Assembly: GCA_030141605.1 (NCBI GenBank)
Contig: JAQGDQ010002407.1
Location: 11,059-75,058, forward strand
Direction: 5' to 3'
DNA: 64,000 nt
Source: Tubiluchus corallicola
Lineage: Eukaryota; Animalia; Priapulida
Shown piece by piece: positions 10,595 to 22,039 of this stretch; the stretch's first letter is position 1, and every line of letters starts with the position of its first letter. The notes beneath the pieces are model-generated. The model searched no databases. It was not told where the DNA came from and saw nothing but the letters and a program-made list of their open reading frames with translations. The position numbers were made by a program, and so were the translations under genes.

Positions 10595-11341
10595 TTGGGC
10601 TTACTTGATTATCTTTTTCTTATTCTTGCCGGTACAGGAGCAGGGTTTATAAATGTGGTTGCCGGAGGGGGGTCTTTAATTACGCTTCCGTTAATGATTT
10701 TTTTAGGTCTTCCACCTGTTGTTGCAAATGGAACTAACAGGCTTGCTTTGCTTGTTCAGAATATAGTAGCTGTTTCAAATTTCAGAGCAAAGAGGGTCTT
10801 CCCTGGAGCGTATGGAGTGCATCTTGGTATAACTGCCCTGGCCGGTGCTGTTATAGGTGCTTCTCTTGCGATAGATGTTTCAGAAAAGCTATTTAATGGC
10901 ATTCTTTCCATTATTATAGTTATTGTGGGAGCAATACTTGTATTTAAGCCTCCATTTCCCAACAGCGCTGTAGAGCACATGGGTAGAAAAAGGAAGGTTC
11001 TGGGGCTTATATCCTTCTTTTTTATCGGCATATACGGAGGCTTTATACACGCCGGTATTGGATTTGTTATAATGTTGGCCCTGGTTAAGATAAACGGATT
11101 CTCTCTCGCTAAAGTTAATAGTATAAAGGTGATGGTTGCACTTATTTATACTATTGCCGCACTCAGCATTTTTATTTGGGAGGGTGCTATTGACTGGAAA
11201 GCGGGCTTTATACTTGCAATCGGGAATGCTACCGGAGGCTGGTTAGGCAGTACCTTTTCGGTTAAGCATGGGGATGTGTGGATCAGGCGAATAATGTTTG
11301 TAGCCATTGTGCTTATTGCTGCCAGATTATGGTTTTTTTAA
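10595..11341 (+). CDS. Sulfite exporter TauE/SafE family membrane protein
   Basis: AGFINVVAGGGSLITLP, ANGTN and GIYGGF motifs; many hydrophobic segments; TTG start. Confidence 0.88.
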   Translation: MGLLDYLFLILAGTGAGFINVVAGGGSLITLPLMIFLGLPPVVANGTNRLALLVQNIVAVSNFRAKRVFPGAYGVHLGITALAGAVIGASLAIDVSEKLFNGILSIIIVIVGAILVFKPPFPNSAVEHMGRKRKVLGLISFFFIGIYGGFIHAGIGFVIMLALVKINGFSLAKVNSIKVMVALIYTIAALSIFIWEGAIDWKAGFILAIGNATGGWLGSTFSVKHGDVWIRRIMFVAIVLIAARLWFF

Positions 11342-11654
11342 AAGCTAAAGAGAGGGGGATCTCTCTTCCAAAATACAACCCCGGCCGCTTTTTGTCCAGG
11401 GGAAAAAAGATTCTCTTTTGAAGTTCTACAAGTCAATTGTAAGGAGCCATTTCATAAAATTCGCCTACATCTATTTTTACATATAGTTGATATAGACGCG
11501 CTCAAGTTTTTCTAACTGTCCTAAAATAAAAGAAAATTAGTATACGTAAATTACTGCACTATCGATGAGCTTAAGTTTTCTATATCTGTATTTTCCAGTA
11601 TAAGTTTTAAGAGAAAAGCAACTGAACAGCAGTTGTTTATATATAAGAAAGCAT

Positions 11655-11852
11655 AAAAAACCCCGTGCTATTGTACTACAGCACGAGTTTAGATATCATT
11701 AGCAGTAGAACTCCTGTCCCCCCCTTTCAATACTGCTTAATACTGCTTTTATTTGCCCTACCCCTGCCAATAGACAGGCTGCTGTTCATAAAGACTGTCA
11801 TCAAGGCAGTTGTATATTCAGCTTTGTATAGAAGCAAAGAGGGATTTTGTAC
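11655..11852 (-). ncRNA. Candidate structured small RNA (mirror of 48835..49032)
   Basis: See right-arm copy. Confidence 0.3.
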
Positions 11853-11902
11853 TTTTCGCAAATGTTACTTTTTGCGCGTGTGCGATGCAAGCTATTTTTT
11901 GC

Positions 11903-13117
11903 TTAAAATTGTTCAATTGTTTTTTTTATCAGTTTTGTTGCATTGATCATCTCCTGTTCTGTAATTATGAGAGGAGGGGTGAATCTGATAGTGTGTTTGT
12001 GAGTTGGTTTTGCAATTATTCCATTTTCTTTAAGAGCCAGGCACAGCTCCCATGCAGTTTTGCCATTGGCAGGTTGAATCTGGACGGCATTGAGCATTCC
12101 TTTGCCTCGTACATCCTGTATTATATCTGATTTTATTTTTCTCATTTCCCCCCGAAATATTTCTCCCATTTTTGCTGCATTTTCAGCAAGGTTTTCATCT
12201 ATAAGGGTACTTATGGCAGCCATTGATATTTTTCCAGCTATAGGGTTCCCTCCATACGTAGATCCGTGCTCACCGGGTTTTATATTCAGCATAATTTCAT
12301 TGTTGGCAAGTACGCATGAGACAGGGAACATTCCTCCTGAGAGAGCTTTCCCCAATACCAGTATGTCGGGTTTTACGTTTTCATGTTGACACGCAAGCAT
12401 TTTCCCTGTTCTGCAGAGCCCTGTTTGTATTTCGTCAGCTACAAATAGGACGTTGTGTTTTTTACATAGTTCGTATGCCCTACTCAGGTAACCGGAGTCT
12501 GGGACATAAACCCCCGCTTCTGCCTGTATAGGTTCAACGAGGAATCCTGCTACGTGAGGGTTTTTTAGTTCTTTTTCAAGTGCGTCAATGTTGTTATACG
12601 GGATGTTAATAAATCCCGGAGTGTATGGTCCATAATCATTATATGCATCTGGGTCTGACGACATTGAGATAATTGTGATTGTTCGCCCATGGAAGTTGCC
12701 ATCGCACACAATTATTTTTGCTTTGTCTTTGGGTACTCCCTTAGTTTTATACGCCCATTTTCGTATAAGTTTTATGGCTGTTTCGTCTGCCTCTGCGCCA
12801 GAGTTCATAGGCAGCATTTTGTCATAGCCAAATAGTTTAGACATGTACTCCTCCCACTCCCCCAGGACATCATTGTAAAATGCACGTGAAGTAAGTGCCA
12901 GTTTTGAGGCCTGTTCAGTAAGGGCGGCTACGAGCCTGGGATGACAGTGTCCCTGGTTTACTGCTGAGTAAGCCGACAGGAAGTCATAGTATTTTTTTCC
13001 CTCCACATCCCACAGGTATATTCCTTCTCCACGGTCTAGTACAACCGGTAGAGGATGGTAGTTGTGGGCTCCATATTCATTTTCTCTATCGATATAGTTT
13101 TTGGTTGTCATTTTCAT
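11903..13117 (-). CDS. rocD: Ornithine aminotransferase
   Basis: [53 protein letters not shown]. Confidence 0.95.
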   Translation of the reverse strand: MKMTTKNYIDRENEYGAHNYHPLPVVLDRGEGIYLWDVEGKKYYDFLSAYSAVNQGHCHPRLVAALTEQASKLALTSRAFYNDVLGEWEEYMSKLFGYDKMLPMNSGAEADETAIKLIRKWAYKTKGVPKDKAKIIVCDGNFHGRTITIISMSSDPDAYNDYGPYTPGFINIPYNNIDALEKELKNPHVAGFLVEPIQAEAGVYVPDSGYLSRAYELCKKHNVLFVADEIQTGLCRTGKMLACQHENVKPDILVLGKALSGGMFPVSCVLANNEIMLNIKPGEHGSTYGGNPIAGKISMAAISTLIDENLAENAAKMGEIFRGEMRKIKSDIIQDVRGKGMLNAVQIQPANGKTAWELCLALKENGIIAKPTHKHTIRFTPPLIITEQEMINATKLIKKTIEQF

Positions 13118-13136
13118 AGCAGCAGTTTTGTCGAGT

Positions 13137-13255
13137 GATGTTTTTGCAAAGTTCATATTTTTTAATGTTTTCGTGAAAGGTTTTCATTTGGGTTTAGGTA
13201 AGCTTGGGATTTCATATCGTTTTTCCTCAATTCAAATTCGGATTGCAAAGGCCTT
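13137..13255 (-). mobile_element. MITE-like element (mirror of 47432..47550)
   Basis: Reverse complement of the right-arm copy. Confidence 0.6.
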
Positions 13256-13401
13256 GCTTTTTACTTCCTTAGATGCAAGGGGTCTGTTTTTTCACGAGGA
13301 TAAGTGTAGCAATAGATATTCAAAGGTAAGATTTTTTGTTAGTTTTCTTTGTTCCTACCGGTCTATTTTATTCAACGTTACCCTATATTTGGTTGATCTT
13401 T

Positions 13402-15246
13402 TCATCGTGCCCCGAGGTTGCTTTGTCTTAGGCTAGGGAAAAGTTTTTTTATTAAGTCGTGACGCCCTATTTTTTTAAGTTCTTTTTTAATGTTGGCTAT
13501 GTTCTGTTTTTTATACCAGAAGAGCAGGGAGTGTTGTGTGCGTTTTTCTATTTTCGATTTTGCGGTATATATTTTTTCAAGTGTGTAAGGGTGATATCCG
13601 GAGTAGTATATTGCTGTAGCGAGTGTCATTGGAGTGGGTGTAAATCCCTGTACTTGTTCAAGTTTAAATCCCATTTTTTTTGTTTCGGCAGCGAGTTCTG
13701 CCATGTCTTCCAAGGTGCTTCCAGGATGCCCCGATATAAAGTATGGTATTAGTTGCTGGTTTATCTTTTCTTCTTTGTTGATTTTGTAGTATAGGTTGTT
13801 AAGTTTTTTAAATATGGAGAACGATGGTTTTCGCATAATGTTCAATATTTTGTCTGATATGTGTTCAGGTGCTACTTTTAGCCTTCCCGAGATATGCCTT
13901 TTGATGGTATTTTTAAGGTACTCAATGTTGTTTTGATCTTTTTTTCTGTTTCCGGTTTTATTAAGTATAAGGTCGTATCGTATACCACTGCTAATGGCTA
14001 TTTTTTTTATTCCGGGGATGTTGTTAGTTTTTTCATATAGCATGGTAATGTGTTTGTGTTCGGTGTCAAGGTTTTCACATATGTATGGGTTTATGCATGA
14101 TGGGCGGGAGCATTTTTTACATTTTTCCATTTTAATTCCTCGCATTTTATACATGTTTGCAGAGGGACCTCCGAGGTCAGTTATCGTGCCTTTAAAGTCA
14201 GGCATCTCAGATATGAGTTGAGTCTCTTTTAGTATTGATTTTTCGGTTCGTGAAATGATGTGTTTCCCTTGATGGGCAGATATTGTGCAGAATGAGCATC
14301 CTCCAAAACATCCTCTGTGAATGTTTACAGAGTGTTTTATCATTTCATACGCCGGTATTTTCCCTTTGTTTGCGTATCTGGGGTGAGGCAGGCGCGTGTA
14401 AGGCAGGTCGTAATAGCTGTCAGCTTCTTTTTCAGAGATTGTCTGCCACGGGGGGTTAGTTATTATGTGTTTGTCATATAGCTTTTGTGTAAGTCTGGCT
14501 GAGTCGAGGCGGTTTGATTCAGTTTCAATGTGTTTAAAGTTAATGGCGTATTTTTTTTTATTTTTCATGCACTCTTCGTGGGAGTAGAGGTTTTTATTTT
14601 TCCAGACTGCATTTGTAGGGAATCCCTCTGTTTTCTTACGAATGAACGAAGTTTGTGGTATGTTTGTAAGTGATTCAAAGGGGATGCCTTTTTTTAGGAG
14701 TTTCACAAACTGAGTTATTGATTTTTCTGCCATCCCGTAAAATAGGAGATCTGCTTTGCTATCGTGCAAAATTCCCGGTTTTAGTGTATCTGAGCAGTAG
14801 TCGTAGTGAGTAAATCGTCGCAGAGATGCCTCTATTCCCCCTATTACCAGAGGTGTGTCGGGGTATAGTTTTTTTAGAATATTTGAGTATGTCACGGTAG
14901 CGTAGTCAGGACGGTATCCTGCTTTTCCCCCCGGGGTGTATGCATCATCAGACCGGCGTCTTTTAAATGCAGTGTAGTGATTTACCATTGAGTCCATAGA
15001 TCCCGCTGTAACGGCAAAGAAAAGGCGCGGGATACCCAGTTTTTTAAAGTCCCTCAGGTCATCTTTCCAGTTTGGCTGAGGTACAATAGCAATGCGCAAG
15101 CCCTGATTTTCAAGTAGTCTCCCTATGATTGCTGTACCAAAGGAGGGGTGGTCTACATATGCATCGCCGGAGAAGATGATTATGTCTAGTTCATCCCATC
15201 CCCGCTTTTCCACTTCTTTTAGGGAGGTTGGCAAGTGTTTTTTCAA
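13402..15246 (-). CDS. YgiQ family radical SAM protein
   Basis: GDAYVDHPSFG, DSMVNHYT, RGCFGGCSFC (CxxxCxxC), DLGGPSANMY, LKVAPEH. Confidence 0.92.
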   Translation of the reverse strand: MKKHLPTSLKEVEKRGWDELDIIIFSGDAYVDHPSFGTAIIGRLLENQGLRIAIVPQPNWKDDLRDFKKLGIPRLFFAVTAGSMDSMVNHYTAFKRRRSDDAYTPGGKAGYRPDYATVTYSNILKKLYPDTPLVIGGIEASLRRFTHYDYCSDTLKPGILHDSKADLLFYGMAEKSITQFVKLLKKGIPFESLTNIPQTSFIRKKTEGFPTNAVWKNKNLYSHEECMKNKKKYAINFKHIETESNRLDSARLTQKLYDKHIITNPPWQTISEKEADSYYDLPYTRLPHPRYANKGKIPAYEMIKHSVNIHRGCFGGCSFCTISAHQGKHIISRTEKSILKETQLISEMPDFKGTITDLGGPSANMYKMRGIKMEKCKKCSRPSCINPYICENLDTEHKHITMLYEKTNNIPGIKKIAISSGIRYDLILNKTGNRKKDQNNIEYLKNTIKRHISGRLKVAPEHISDKILNIMRKPSFSIFKKLNNLYYKINKEEKINQQLIPYFISGHPGSTLEDMAELAAETKKMGFKLEQVQGFTPTPMTLATAIYYSGYHPYTLEKIYTAKSKIEKRTQHSLLFWYKKQNIANIKKELKKIGRHDLIKKLFPSLRQSNLGAR

Positions 15247-15260
15247 TTTCCTTGTTTTTT

Positions 15261-15468
15261 GATTTTTTTTACAACGTTCATTTTTTTGTTCGCATTTTTA
15301 TGTAAGTTTTCTTCAAAGTCCTGATTTCGCTAGTAAACTACAGTTTTTCATCGGCAAAGACTTAGTGTTTTGGGAGGGCCTTTAAAAAAATTTTAGTTTG
15401 TGGTTGGGCTGAAAGTTCTCACTCCCTTTTTTCAATGAGGGCCAAGTATTTTGTTTTGGAAAGGGTTT
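15261..15468 (-). mobile_element. Composite degenerate MITE-like element (mirror of 45219..45426)
   Basis: Reverse complement of the right-arm copy. Confidence 0.5.
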
Positions 15469-15475
15469 TTGTTTG

Positions 15476-18400
15476 TTATTTTTTTATGTTTTTAAGCACC
15501 CCAATAATGGCAGGGAAGTCATTGATAAGTTTTTTCATCCTTCCTACACCAAAAGTGTTTAGTGAAATTTCAATTTCATTTGCGTATATTTTAAGGATGT
15601 CAATGTCGTATTTTTGAGCTATTTCCTTTATTTGTATCATAAAGTTTTTCACTTTATTGAGTGGTTGTATATCCTGTATTTCCCGCCAGGCTGTTTTATG
15701 AATGTGCTCTATTTTTTCGATTATGAGAGGGAGTTGTGTTTTTGTTTTTAGAGGTAGGCCTATTTTTTGTTCTCCTAGTAAGGTGTTATTCAGGATTGTG
15801 GCATTGGGGGAGGAGTGTTTGTCCTGGTTGTCTAATGGTGCTCTTTTTTGTGTTTTACGCTCTTCTTTTTCATTGTGTTTCAGTTCCGACTGTTTTACTT
15901 TTTTTATAGTTATGGTGAATTTGCTTCCTTTATTAACAATGCTTGATACTGATATTTTTCCTCCCATCATTTCAATGAGTTTTTTTGATATAGCGAGCCC
16001 CAGTCCCGAGCCTCCATATTTTTTTATGTCAAGGTTGTCAGCCTGGTCGAAAGAGCTAAATATTTTTTTCTGATTGTTTTTTGCTATTCCTATACCGCTA
16101 TCTTCTACAGTGATGTAAAGGGTTACCGTATTGTTTTCGTATTTTTCTGTATGGATATTTATTTTTACGAATCCTGTGTGTGTAAATTTTATGGCATTTT
16201 CAATAAGATTAATCATCACCTGGTGTATTCTCAGCTCATCCAGTTCAAGGTATTGAGGTGTGTTGTCTGAGATGTTTGTATTGAAAGTGAGTCCTTTTTC
16301 CCTGACCCTAATTTTAAATATGCTTTCTATGTCATTTATTGTGTTTTTGAGGCTTACGGGCATGGTTCTTATCTGTAGTTTTCCCGATTCTATTCTGGAA
16401 AGGTCAAGTATGTCATTTATCAATCCCAGCAGTATTTTCCCGCTTGTTTTTATAGAGCTTACGTAGGGAGATATGGATTCATCTTTTATGTGTTTTGAAA
16501 GTATTTCCGAGAATCCTATTATTGAGTTCATAGGGGTTCGTATTTCGTGGCTCATGTTTGCGAGGAATTTGGATTTTGCGGTGTTTGCTACTTCCGCTGC
16601 TTCTTTGGCTTTTTTAAGTGCGTGCGTTCTTTTTTTTACGATTTCTTCGAGATGTTCCCGGTATTTCTGCAGTTCTTTGTCTGTAAGTTTTCTGTCTGTA
16701 ATATCCCCATTTACACCAATCATGCGTACCGGCTCCCCCTTACTGTTTCGAGATATGTTTGCATATGCGTCAATGTAACGCACTATTCCCCTTTTTATAC
16801 GGATTCGAAATTCGGTGTGGAGCTCTTTTTCGGCTTTGAGGCAGGTTTTAATTGTGCTTTGAAAATGTTTTAAGTCATCTGGATGCAGGTGTTTTGTCCA
16901 ACTGCTGTATGTTTCATGGAATTCCTCTTTTTTCAGTTTATATAAGTCGTACATCCCGTTATCCCATCTAAGTTTATCGTTTTTTATATCCCAGTCCCAT
17001 ATTCCCAGTTTTGCCGAACGACACGCTATTGAGAGGCGTTCTTCCCCCTCTTTTAATGATTTTTCAGCTTCACGTTGCTTGAATATTTTAAATAGCTCCC
17101 CTGCGATTAGCTGAACTTGCATAACATCGCGTTTTTCATATTTTTTAAATTTATTCCCTATGCAAAAGATATATTTCACTTTGCTTCCATCTACTATAGG
17201 GACGCTTATAAATCGCATAAGTTTAGGGGTTCCTGAGAGAAAGCCTCCTTTGCTTGTATCGCTAGGTATGGTATTGTATATAGCGGGTTGTTTTCTTTGA
17301 ACGCAAGCTTCTAGTATTTCTGTATCTGCAATTTTATGGTGCTGTTCATTTATTACCTGATGTTTTTTGTTGGTTTTATTTTTCTCTTTTGTTGCTGAGA
17401 TCCATCCGGTAGTAATTACAGATTTTTGATCGTTGCCTACTCTGTGAAAGAACCCTATTTTACTACGTGTCAGCTCAACAACCTTCCCCAGTATATACAT
17501 GTATAGCTCTTTGTCTGACATGTCTGGTGCCTGGTGATATAGTTTTAAAAGAAATTTGGTTATGTTCGCCTCCCTCCTCAGTTGTTTTTCGCTTTCATGG
17601 AGAGCTTCACCGGCCTGTTTTCGGCTTAGTGCGGTGATAAGTATTTCACCTATCAGCCGTACTTTTTTTACCTGCTCATCTGTCCATAAAAGTTCGCTGG
17701 ATACTCCTGCCGATATGGTTCCAAAGATTTTTCCCCTGATAGTAAACGGGATTATGAGCAACGATTTAAGTTTAGCTCGTTCGTAGTAGTTACGTTCTTC
17801 GCTCACTTCTTCCGGTAGCGAGTCAGGAAGGTCGTTTTTTATGAGGACCTCCCCTTTATTTAGCGTGGTTAAGGTTCCGGGGAGTATCTCATTTGTTATT
17901 GTATTTTTCAGTTTTTCATATCCCGGAGCTGCATAGTAGTGAGAATTTTCGGATGACGCTGTTCCTTCAAAGTGTAGTTTTACCCCTATCAGTGGAAGGT
18001 TCAGGAGTTTGGCAAAGAGGGGCAGGTATTTTTGTATTTCGCTATCAATTTTATCGTATGAGACAGATACAAAAGTGTTTGATGTTTCGGAGTGCAGTTT
18101 TTCAAATTGAAGTTGTTTTTTAAGCTCCTGTTCCGCCAGCTTTCGTTCGGTTATGTCTGCTACTACGCCTACCATACGGTATGGCTCCCCATCATTATTG
18201 AAAAAAACTTTTGCGTTACTGCTTATCCACCTCTCTGATAAACCATGTTTTATGATTCTGTATTCTACGCTGTATGTAATTTTTCCCTCCAGTGCTTCTT
18301 TAAGCCTGTGCTGAACCATCTGCTGGTCGTCGGGGTGAACAATGTCGAGCCATTTTTTTTCTGCGCTTGTCCGTTTTTGAAGGTCTATTCCAAATATTTC

Positions 18401-18520
18401 AGAGTAGCGCTCGTTATAAACTGCAGTGTCTCTATGAATATCCCAGTCAAACATCCCCATGCCCGCTACATCAAGAGCCTGCTTTAATCTCTCCTCATTT
18501 GCACTGTAGCGTTCCTGCAT
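15476..18520 (-). CDS. Cytoplasmic PAS/GAF sensor histidine kinase
   Basis: Two PAS-PAC units (G.WDWD..VHPDD..G...DIT.RK), GAF-like segments, FLANMSHEIRTPMN H-box, NLIENAIKFT, DSGIG, GGSGLGLAI. Confidence 0.92.
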   Translation of the reverse strand: MQERYSANEERLKQALDVAGMGMFDWDIHRDTAVYNERYSEIFGIDLQKRTSAEKKWLDIVHPDDQQMVQHRLKEALEGKITYSVEYRIIKHGLSERWISSNAKVFFNNDGEPYRMVGVVADITERKLAEQELKKQLQFEKLHSETSNTFVSVSYDKIDSEIQKYLPLFAKLLNLPLIGVKLHFEGTASSENSHYYAAPGYEKLKNTITNEILPGTLTTLNKGEVLIKNDLPDSLPEEVSEERNYYERAKLKSLLIIPFTIRGKIFGTISAGVSSELLWTDEQVKKVRLIGEILITALSRKQAGEALHESEKQLRREANITKFLLKLYHQAPDMSDKELYMYILGKVVELTRSKIGFFHRVGNDQKSVITTGWISATKEKNKTNKKHQVINEQHHKIADTEILEACVQRKQPAIYNTIPSDTSKGGFLSGTPKLMRFISVPIVDGSKVKYIFCIGNKFKKYEKRDVMQVQLIAGELFKIFKQREAEKSLKEGEERLSIACRSAKLGIWDWDIKNDKLRWDNGMYDLYKLKKEEFHETYSSWTKHLHPDDLKHFQSTIKTCLKAEKELHTEFRIRIKRGIVRYIDAYANISRNSKGEPVRMIGVNGDITDRKLTDKELQKYREHLEEIVKKRTHALKKAKEAAEVANTAKSKFLANMSHEIRTPMNSIIGFSEILSKHIKDESISPYVSSIKTSGKILLGLINDILDLSRIESGKLQIRTMPVSLKNTINDIESIFKIRVREKGLTFNTNISDNTPQYLELDELRIHQVMINLIENAIKFTHTGFVKINIHTEKYENNTVTLYITVEDSGIGIAKNNQKKIFSSFDQADNLDIKKYGGSGLGLAISKKLIEMMGGKISVSSIVNKGSKFTITIKKVKQSELKHNEKEERKTQKRAPLDNQDKHSSPNATILNNTLLGEQKIGLPLKTKTQLPLIIEKIEHIHKTAWREIQDIQPLNKVKNFMIQIKEIAQKYDIDILKIYANEIEISLNTFGVGRMKKLINDFPAIIGVLKNIKK

Positions 18521-18538
18521 ATTGGAAAGGTACGTTTA

Positions 18539-18675
18539 GAGCTCTCTGCGAAGCTCATCTTTTTATTAATATTTTCGCCAAATCCTCTTCAATATCCTGA
18601 TTTACATCCGTAAACTACGATTTTCATCGAGTCTTTACTCAGCCTAAACCAAAGCATTTGCTTTGCAAAAGTCTC
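18539..18675 (-). mobile_element. MITE-like element (mirror of 42012..42148)
   Basis: Reverse complement of the right-arm copy. Confidence 0.7.
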
Positions 18676-18877
18676 AGTTCACTATTCCACCTTGCCAGAA
18701 AGGTAGAGTGCCAGCAGCCACTTACCAGCTATCAATTTACGCAGCCTGAAGGGGTGTTGTTTATTTTACGTATTTACAAGACACCAAGTTTATGTTTCAG
18801 TTTTTCAACGGTGTCACCCTCTTTTAGTCACGTGTGAGAGGTTTTCTTTTTCTCCTTATGTTATTTGATCCTGCGAG

Positions 18878-21199
18878 TTATGGTTTTTTTACTCCTTTAT
18901 CTCCAGGGATACGCAGTTTGTCTCCAATTTGTAATGTGTACTTCTCCTGAATATTATTTATTAAAAGTATTTCACGTGGATGTACTCCATATTTATCTCC
19001 CAGTTTCCATACTGTTTCGCCTGCTTCTACTGTGTGTAAAAAGAAGGATGTTTTGTAGTTGTCCGTTGCATCATCAACATTTCTCGGAGACGGCTTGTAA
19101 GCGCCTTTTACCAGGAACCACCCAAACCCTTTTGAGGCTAGTACGTCACACTCCATTCTAAGGAGGTCTGTCAGTTCTTCTCTTGATTCAAATTTAATTT
19201 CATCCATTTCCAGGAATTGTTCGTTTTTGTTGGTCAAAACAATTTCCCCTTCATTCATTGAAGGCAGGTCTATGTGCCGGTGCAGTGATATCAGTGCTAC
19301 CCTATTTTTTGTACTATTTTGATGAAAGAAGGGAGAGTATTCTCCATGGGCTATTATTGATATTTTGTCATGCGGAATACTATTTTCTATCAATATTTCA
19401 GCAATTCTTCCCGCCCGCTTTTCAGATAGCCATAAGTTGTAACGGGCATCACCGACTTTGTCTGCCAGTCCGGTAATTACAATACGTGTATTGTGTCGTA
19501 TAACTTCTTCAGCTATAAGAGAGAGAGAGAATTTGTCAATATCGGAGTATGTTCTTTTATAGACATTGTGGTCAAAGTACTGAGGGAATATACGCCTAGT
19601 AATTTCACCCCCAGTTGGTAGTTGAATCTGTACTTTTTTTTCTGATGGTCTTTCTTCTGCAGGCGGCGGCGTTACTTGCGTCAATAGTAATGTTTCGAGT
19701 TTCACCAGAGAGAGGTCATTGCTTGCATAGTGTGTTACGGCCTTCCAGTCACATATGAGATTGGCTATGCCTGCACCTTCCGAGAGTAGTTGCGCTTTCT
19801 CATTCAGGTTCATAAGGTAGGTGTTTTCAAAGCCTCCTTCATTGAGGCTCGACATAACCAGCAGTGAGTCATTTATTACAGCAAGAGGATATATAGGGGA
19901 GTTTGATAAAAATTCTACCGGCAATGCTTCCGGATTAGACCATGTTCCATCTTTTTTTTCTGCACGGTGTAGTACTCCTTTTTGCATATCTTCTCCGGCA
20001 GTAAAAATAACTTTATTCCCTCCTGCATATTTTACGCTATTGATACTGGTAAAGCTATTATCATCAAATACAGGGACTCCGTAAATGGGAAGTTTACTGT
20101 CTTCCCCCTTGTAAAGCACCAGATCTTCCCATTTTTCGCTCTTCTCAGGTTCAACAAGTTCTCCCCAGTTTATTGTTACGATATCCTTCACGGTAAGTTT
20201 CACTGTATTCCCTGATATTTCAGAGTGTGTCTCTTTTTTTGGGGAGTTTTCAAATAGTCCGGGGTCTTCTTCTCCATTAAGTTTCAACAGTGTATAAACA
20301 AATATATTGGAGTCATCCATTTGTCGAAATGAGAAGTTGTATCCTCCCTGGTTGAAAGGGTAAGATAGTTTTTCCGCTTTGTGGCTAGGGTCATTAAGGT
20401 TTTTCCAGTAGAGATATAGCATGTCTCCTTTTTCCCTATCGGATGAGAATATCAGTAATGAATCGTTTACGACTTCAGGAAATATATCATTGCCAGTTGA
20501 GTTTACATAGTTATCCAAGACTTTCGGCTCACTCCATCTCCCTTTCCCTATTCTGCTTTTGTGGGATAAATACAAGTTTGCCTGTTTTCTCCTATCTTTT
20601 GTTTTATCATCTACTACAAAGATCATTTTAGATCCGTTATCAAAGACAGTCGGATGCATTTTCATTTTTTTGTTTATTTTCTTGAAGTCCTCAAAGATCA
20701 GCTTTTCCTCATCCGATCCCTTAGAAGCGCTACATATTTCATATCTTCTGCGATGAAGTTTGGTATAGTAAACGGTACTGTCATTATCCCAACTAAAGTG
20801 AGAGTCGATAGCCTGTATGTTAACCTCTCCTGTTTTTTCTATGTCTGAGAAGTTTGTTATATATAGTTTCGCTCCGGCATGTATTGAGCTTTTGTTCCGC
20901 ATTTTTTTCATGTTTTCAAATTCAACACTATAGTCCCGCCTGATTTTGCCGGGATCGGACACAGAGAAATCCCTAGCATGGTATAGCATTCCATCTTTTG
21001 CACCAATACCCAGGTTAGGCAGTAAAGGGATATCCAGCGTGTCAAAACGCATTAGGCAATTGGTTCCTAACATACGATCTTCCATGATATACCATTTATC
21101 CAACATTTTAGTGTTTGAGGTGGTATTTTGTGCACTACACAGAGAGGTAGGCAGCAATGAAAGTACCGCAATACTTAAATAGATAAAAGCCATTTTCAT
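18878..21199 (-). CDS. Secreted protein with PD40/TolB-like region, OmpA-like domain and C-terminal LysM
   Basis: Signal peptide; WSEPK..VNSTGND.FP..LIFSSDR; GLADKVG..YNLWLSEKRA..GE..NRVA; HTVEAGETVWKL..LQIGDKLRIP. Confidence 0.75.
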   Translation of the reverse strand: MKMAFIYLSIAVLSLLPTSLCSAQNTTSNTKMLDKWYIMEDRMLGTNCLMRFDTLDIPLLPNLGIGAKDGMLYHARDFSVSDPGKIRRDYSVEFENMKKMRNKSSIHAGAKLYITNFSDIEKTGEVNIQAIDSHFSWDNDSTVYYTKLHRRRYEICSASKGSDEEKLIFEDFKKINKKMKMHPTVFDNGSKMIFVVDDKTKDRRKQANLYLSHKSRIGKGRWSEPKVLDNYVNSTGNDIFPEVVNDSLLIFSSDREKGDMLYLYWKNLNDPSHKAEKLSYPFNQGGYNFSFRQMDDSNIFVYTLLKLNGEEDPGLFENSPKKETHSEISGNTVKLTVKDIVTINWGELVEPEKSEKWEDLVLYKGEDSKLPIYGVPVFDDNSFTSINSVKYAGGNKVIFTAGEDMQKGVLHRAEKKDGTWSNPEALPVEFLSNSPIYPLAVINDSLLVMSSLNEGGFENTYLMNLNEKAQLLSEGAGIANLICDWKAVTHYASNDLSLVKLETLLLTQVTPPPAEERPSEKKVQIQLPTGGEITRRIFPQYFDHNVYKRTYSDIDKFSLSLIAEEVIRHNTRIVITGLADKVGDARYNLWLSEKRAGRIAEILIENSIPHDKISIIAHGEYSPFFHQNSTKNRVALISLHRHIDLPSMNEGEIVLTNKNEQFLEMDEIKFESREELTDLLRMECDVLASKGFGWFLVKGAYKPSPRNVDDATDNYKTSFFLHTVEAGETVWKLGDKYGVHPREILLINNIQEKYTLQIGDKLRIPGDKGVKKP

Positions 21200-21276
21200 A
21201 ATTTTTATTGTTTTATTTGTGCATTACAGTAAGATAATATAATCCTAGTTTCATTTCGTATGAGAAACAGATAGGT

Positions 21277-21789
21277 CTATTTTTGTTCCAGGTCATTGAA
21301 GGTGCGGGTGCCCATTTCTCTATCCATCATAAGCAGTCCCTGTCCTTCTCCATTAATAATTTTCAGGTTATTAAGTATGTCTTCTACGCTTGATTCCTCC
21401 TCCACTTGCTCGTCTACAAACCATTGCAAGAAGCTTTTTGTTGCATAGTCTCTTTCTTTTATAGCGATATCCATCATTTTATTGATCCGCTCTGTAATCA
21501 TTTGCTCGTGTGCCAGTGTCTGTTCAAATACGTCAATTACACCATTAAAGCCAACAGGTACATTTTCAGAAATGGGAGCTAATTCAACTTTTCCTCCACG
21601 TTCATTTATATAATTAAAGAGTTTCAACGCATGTGCTTGCTCTTCTTTAAACTGTACTAGCATCCAGTTTGCAAATCCAGATAGGCCTATGTTTTCAAAG
21701 TAAGCAGACATTGAAAGATAGAGGTATGCAGAGAAAAACTCTGCATTTATTTGATCATTAACCGACTTTTCAATCTTCTTTTTTATCAT
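21277..21789 (-). CDS. ftnA: Non-heme ferritin
   Basis: QINAEFFSAYLYLSM, EEQAHA, HEQ and LQWFVDEQVEEE ferroxidase residues. Confidence 0.93.
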   Translation of the reverse strand: MIKKKIEKSVNDQINAEFFSAYLYLSMSAYFENIGLSGFANWMLVQFKEEQAHALKLFNYINERGGKVELAPISENVPVGFNGVIDVFEQTLAHEQMITERINKMMDIAIKERDYATKSFLQWFVDEQVEEESSVEDILNNLKIINGEGQGLLMMDREMGTRTFNDLEQK

Positions 21790-21813
21790 TTTTACACTTT
21801 TTTGTTACGGTAT

Positions 21814-21953
21814 GAGCTCTTTGCAAAGCTCATCTTTTTATTAGTGTTTCGTGAAAATATTCTTCACAAAGCTCATTTACATCAGTAATTTGCTGCTCTT
21901 TTCTTGATTATTCCAGAGTGGATCAAATCTTCGCCTTTTCTTGCAAAGGTTTT
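21814..21953 (-). mobile_element. MITE-like element (mirror of 38734..38873)
   Basis: Reverse complement of the right-arm copy. Confidence 0.7.
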
Positions 21954-22039
21954 GATATTTCACCTCCTCCCAAAGTTACGAAAAAAGTAATTCATAGCTT
22001 GATTTACATTTTCAAGGTTTTATAAACAGTTTCATAGAG